Source: Planctomycetota bacterium (GTDB taxonomy: Bacteria; Planctomycetota; Planctomycetia; JALXBF01). From it: a DNA stretch of 39,045 nucleotides. The notes beneath the pieces are model-generated. The model was not told the DNA's origin. It did not search any database and saw only the letters and a list, made by a program, of their open reading frames with translations. The stretch spans positions 1 through 39,045 of the forward strand of contig JALXBF010000166.1 in the NCBI GenBank assembly GCA_026991575.1, written 5' to 3'. Positions 37,360 to 39,045 of the stretch are shown here, piece by piece; position 1 is the stretch's first letter; each line of letters opens with the position of its first letter. A program made the translations under genes and the position numbers.

Positions 37360-39045
37360 CTAGGGCACAGGCCGGGTCGAGCCAGTCGGCGTGGTCAACT
37401 CGTGTTCGAGCTGCTGTATTCTTGGATCGCGCGGTGCCCGGTCCTTTGCACGGCGAAGCCAACGCCGTGCCGTCTCGCGGTCGCCTGCGTCCAGAGCAAG
37501 TGAGGTCAGGGCGATGTACAGTTCGACGTTGCGCGGAAAGAACTGCAAAGCTTCCGTCAGCAGATTCATGGCTTCGTCGTGCCGCCGCTGAGCGGCCAAC
37601 GCTCGGGCAAGCGTGATGAGCGGCAAGGGATCCAGTGGGTCCCAGCGGCGCGCGTTCATGGCAGCCTGCGTCGCTTCCTCCAAGTCCTTCTGTTGATGAA
37701 GCAAGCTGGCGGCCAGCAGCTGCCAGCCCAAGGCCTTCGACGGGTTGGCTCTGACGACCCGACGTGCCAACCGCTCAGCGCCAAGCTGGTTGCCGGCCGC
37801 AAGCTCCGCCTGGCATTGAGCCAGCGCTGCGTCCAGAGATTCTGGAGCTAGCGTGAGCAGCTCCCGAGAAGCTTTGGCCGCGGCCGCCAGATCACCGCGC
37901 TGCAGAGCGTAGTGGATGTAGTCCAGGTAAAGGTCCAGAATCTCCTCTTCATTCAGCAGCCTTCGTAGCTCGGGATCAGAGGCAAGCGCCATGGCATTCG
38001 CGCAGAGACGGTACGCTTGTTCGCTTGCCCCTAAGTCCGCCAGTGCCAGACTTGCCCAGTACAACCAGCGAGGGTTGCTCGGATCAGACCGCCGCGCCTC
38101 GCTCAGCAGTCTCAGGCCCCGTTCCAGGTAATCCGCCCGCTGCCACGTATGGCCGTACATCACGTGCGCAATGCCCCGCTCGCCCGCTGTGGCCACGCCA
38201 AAGAAGTCGATCAGGGCCACGTACCGCGGTGGCGGACCGGGCGGCCCGTCCCGCTCCGCAGGCGACCGATAGATGGCGTCGCGACGGATCCAGTGATCCG
38301 TGGTGGTCGTGTGCTCGATGTCCTTCGGATCCCGCTTCGGCATATGGCAGGCTACGCAGTCGGAGGCGCGGTGGGCTTGGCGGAATAGCTGAAAGTCGAC
38401 ACCCTCGATTGCAGGCGTAGCCGGCCGCGTGCATTTCTCCGGCCTGTGACAGGAGAGGCACCTGGCGTTGTACTCCGTGCGACTCAGTTCCCAGCTCGGC
38501 CGATGAGCGTCATGGCAGTACGTGCAGGTCAGTTGGCCCGCCGTCTGCGTGTAGCACCGACTGAGCGCCATACGGGTTCCATGGCTCACTGCGCTGATTT
38601 GTTCGCCAGACTGGCCGGCCAGTGTGAAATCCAGGCGGTAAAGCGACAGGGGTTGGCCCGGCTCGAAGTCAAACGGCCCTACACCGCTTCTGAGCACCGT
38701 GGCGACTTCCGTCGAGAGATGACATTGCAGACAGACATCTTGTTGGAGCGCCGCGGGCAGGTGAGCCGGGTTGACGATCGTGAAGTCTTTGCCCAACGGT
38801 GGGCGGTTCGGGGGGTCCTTGCGCCGTTCGGCAACGTGCAGCGCTCCCGGACCATGGCACCGTTCACATCCGATGCCTTGCGGCAGTGGCTTGCGGTACC
38901 TGTTCTCGGAGAATGCCACGTAGTCCGCGTAGTTGTTGTGGCAAGCCATGCACCGCGGAATGACCGGCCGACCAAAGCGGTGGTTCTTATAGCGATAACC
39001 CGGGCTGAGTGCCCACTGCTGCGGATAGCTGTACCACGAAACCGG
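37360..39045 (-). CDS. multiheme cytochrome c fused to TPR repeats (5' end outside the window)
   Basis: The frame stays open to the window edge (PVSWYSYPQQWALSPGY...PRCMACH). Heme motifs CMACH, CERCH, CLQCH, CTYCH, CLSCH and CVACH, then TDHWI and C-terminal TPR-like helices. Confidence 0.9.
   Translation of the reverse strand, partial: PVSWYSYPQQWALSPGYRYKNHRFGRPVIPRCMACHNNYADYVAFSENRYRKPLPQGIGCERCHGPGALHVAERRKDPPNRPPLGKDFTIVNPAHLPAALQQDVCLQCHLSTEVATVLRSGVGPFDFEPGQPLSLYRLDFTLAGQSGEQISAVSHGTRMALSRCYTQTAGQLTCTYCHDAHRPSWELSRTEYNARCLSCHRPEKCTRPATPAIEGVDFQLFRQAHRASDCVACHMPKRDPKDIEHTTTTDHWIRRDAIYRSPAERDGPPGPPPRYVALIDFFGVATAGERGIAHVMYGHTWQRADYLERGLRLLSEARRSDPSNPRWLYWASLALADLGASEQAYRLCANAMALASDPELRRLLNEEEILDLYLDYIHYALQRGDLAAAAKASRELLTLAPESLDAALAQCQAELAAGNQLGAERLARRVVRANPSKALGWQLLAASLLHQQKDLEEATQAAMNARRWDPLDPLPLITLARALAAQRRHDEAMNLLTEALQFFPRNVELYIALTSLALDAGDRETARRWLRRAKDRAPRDPRIQQLEHELTTPTGSTRPVP

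Noticed and set aside
1..39045. CRISPR arrays, tRNAs (including tRNA-Sec), rRNA, transposases, integrases
   Set aside because: No regularly spaced repeats, cloverleaf patterns or mobile-element protein motifs were seen by eye.

Overview
GC-rich bacterial chromosomal window, most likely from a planctomycete. This rests on the DUF1559 prepilin-type gene, the giant TolC-like lipoprotein, the multiheme-cytochrome/TPR protein and the Ser/Thr kinase and FHA signalling genes. It holds about 26 protein-coding genes. From left to right: a partial DUF1559 gene; a MoxR/DUF58/transglutaminase triad; a YchF-like NTPase, a small hypothetical and a Gfo/Idh/MocA oxidoreductase; an epimerase; a thiamine-dependent 2-oxoacid decarboxylase; a PafA-type phosphatase coupled to a Cache-domain Ser/Thr kinase; a His/Tyr/Gly-rich secreted protein; a pentaheme cytochrome, a HEAT-repeat protein, an HldE-like kinase and an FHA-class III cyclase; a TolC/EF-hand adaptor/MacB-type ABC exporter; a TlpA-like redoxin; an Aer2-like PAS chemoreceptor; an MBL/HAD/deoxyhypusine-synthase-like operon; and a partial multiheme-TPR gene. 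Main observations: (1) the redoxin, split in two by the ORF track, is one frame with an in-frame TGA at the first position of the CxxC motif (WUPVC) followed by a hairpin, so it is a probable selenoprotein; (2) an orphan promoter-hairpin-U-tract unit at about 16498-16612 looks like an unannotated ~80-nt small RNA; (3) the cyclase has Asp at the position of the ATP-specifying Lys; (4) a near-consensus promoter gives the DUF1559 gene a long structured leader. I recognised no tRNA, rRNA, CRISPR array or transposase. All assignments come from motif recognition by eye; no searches were run.
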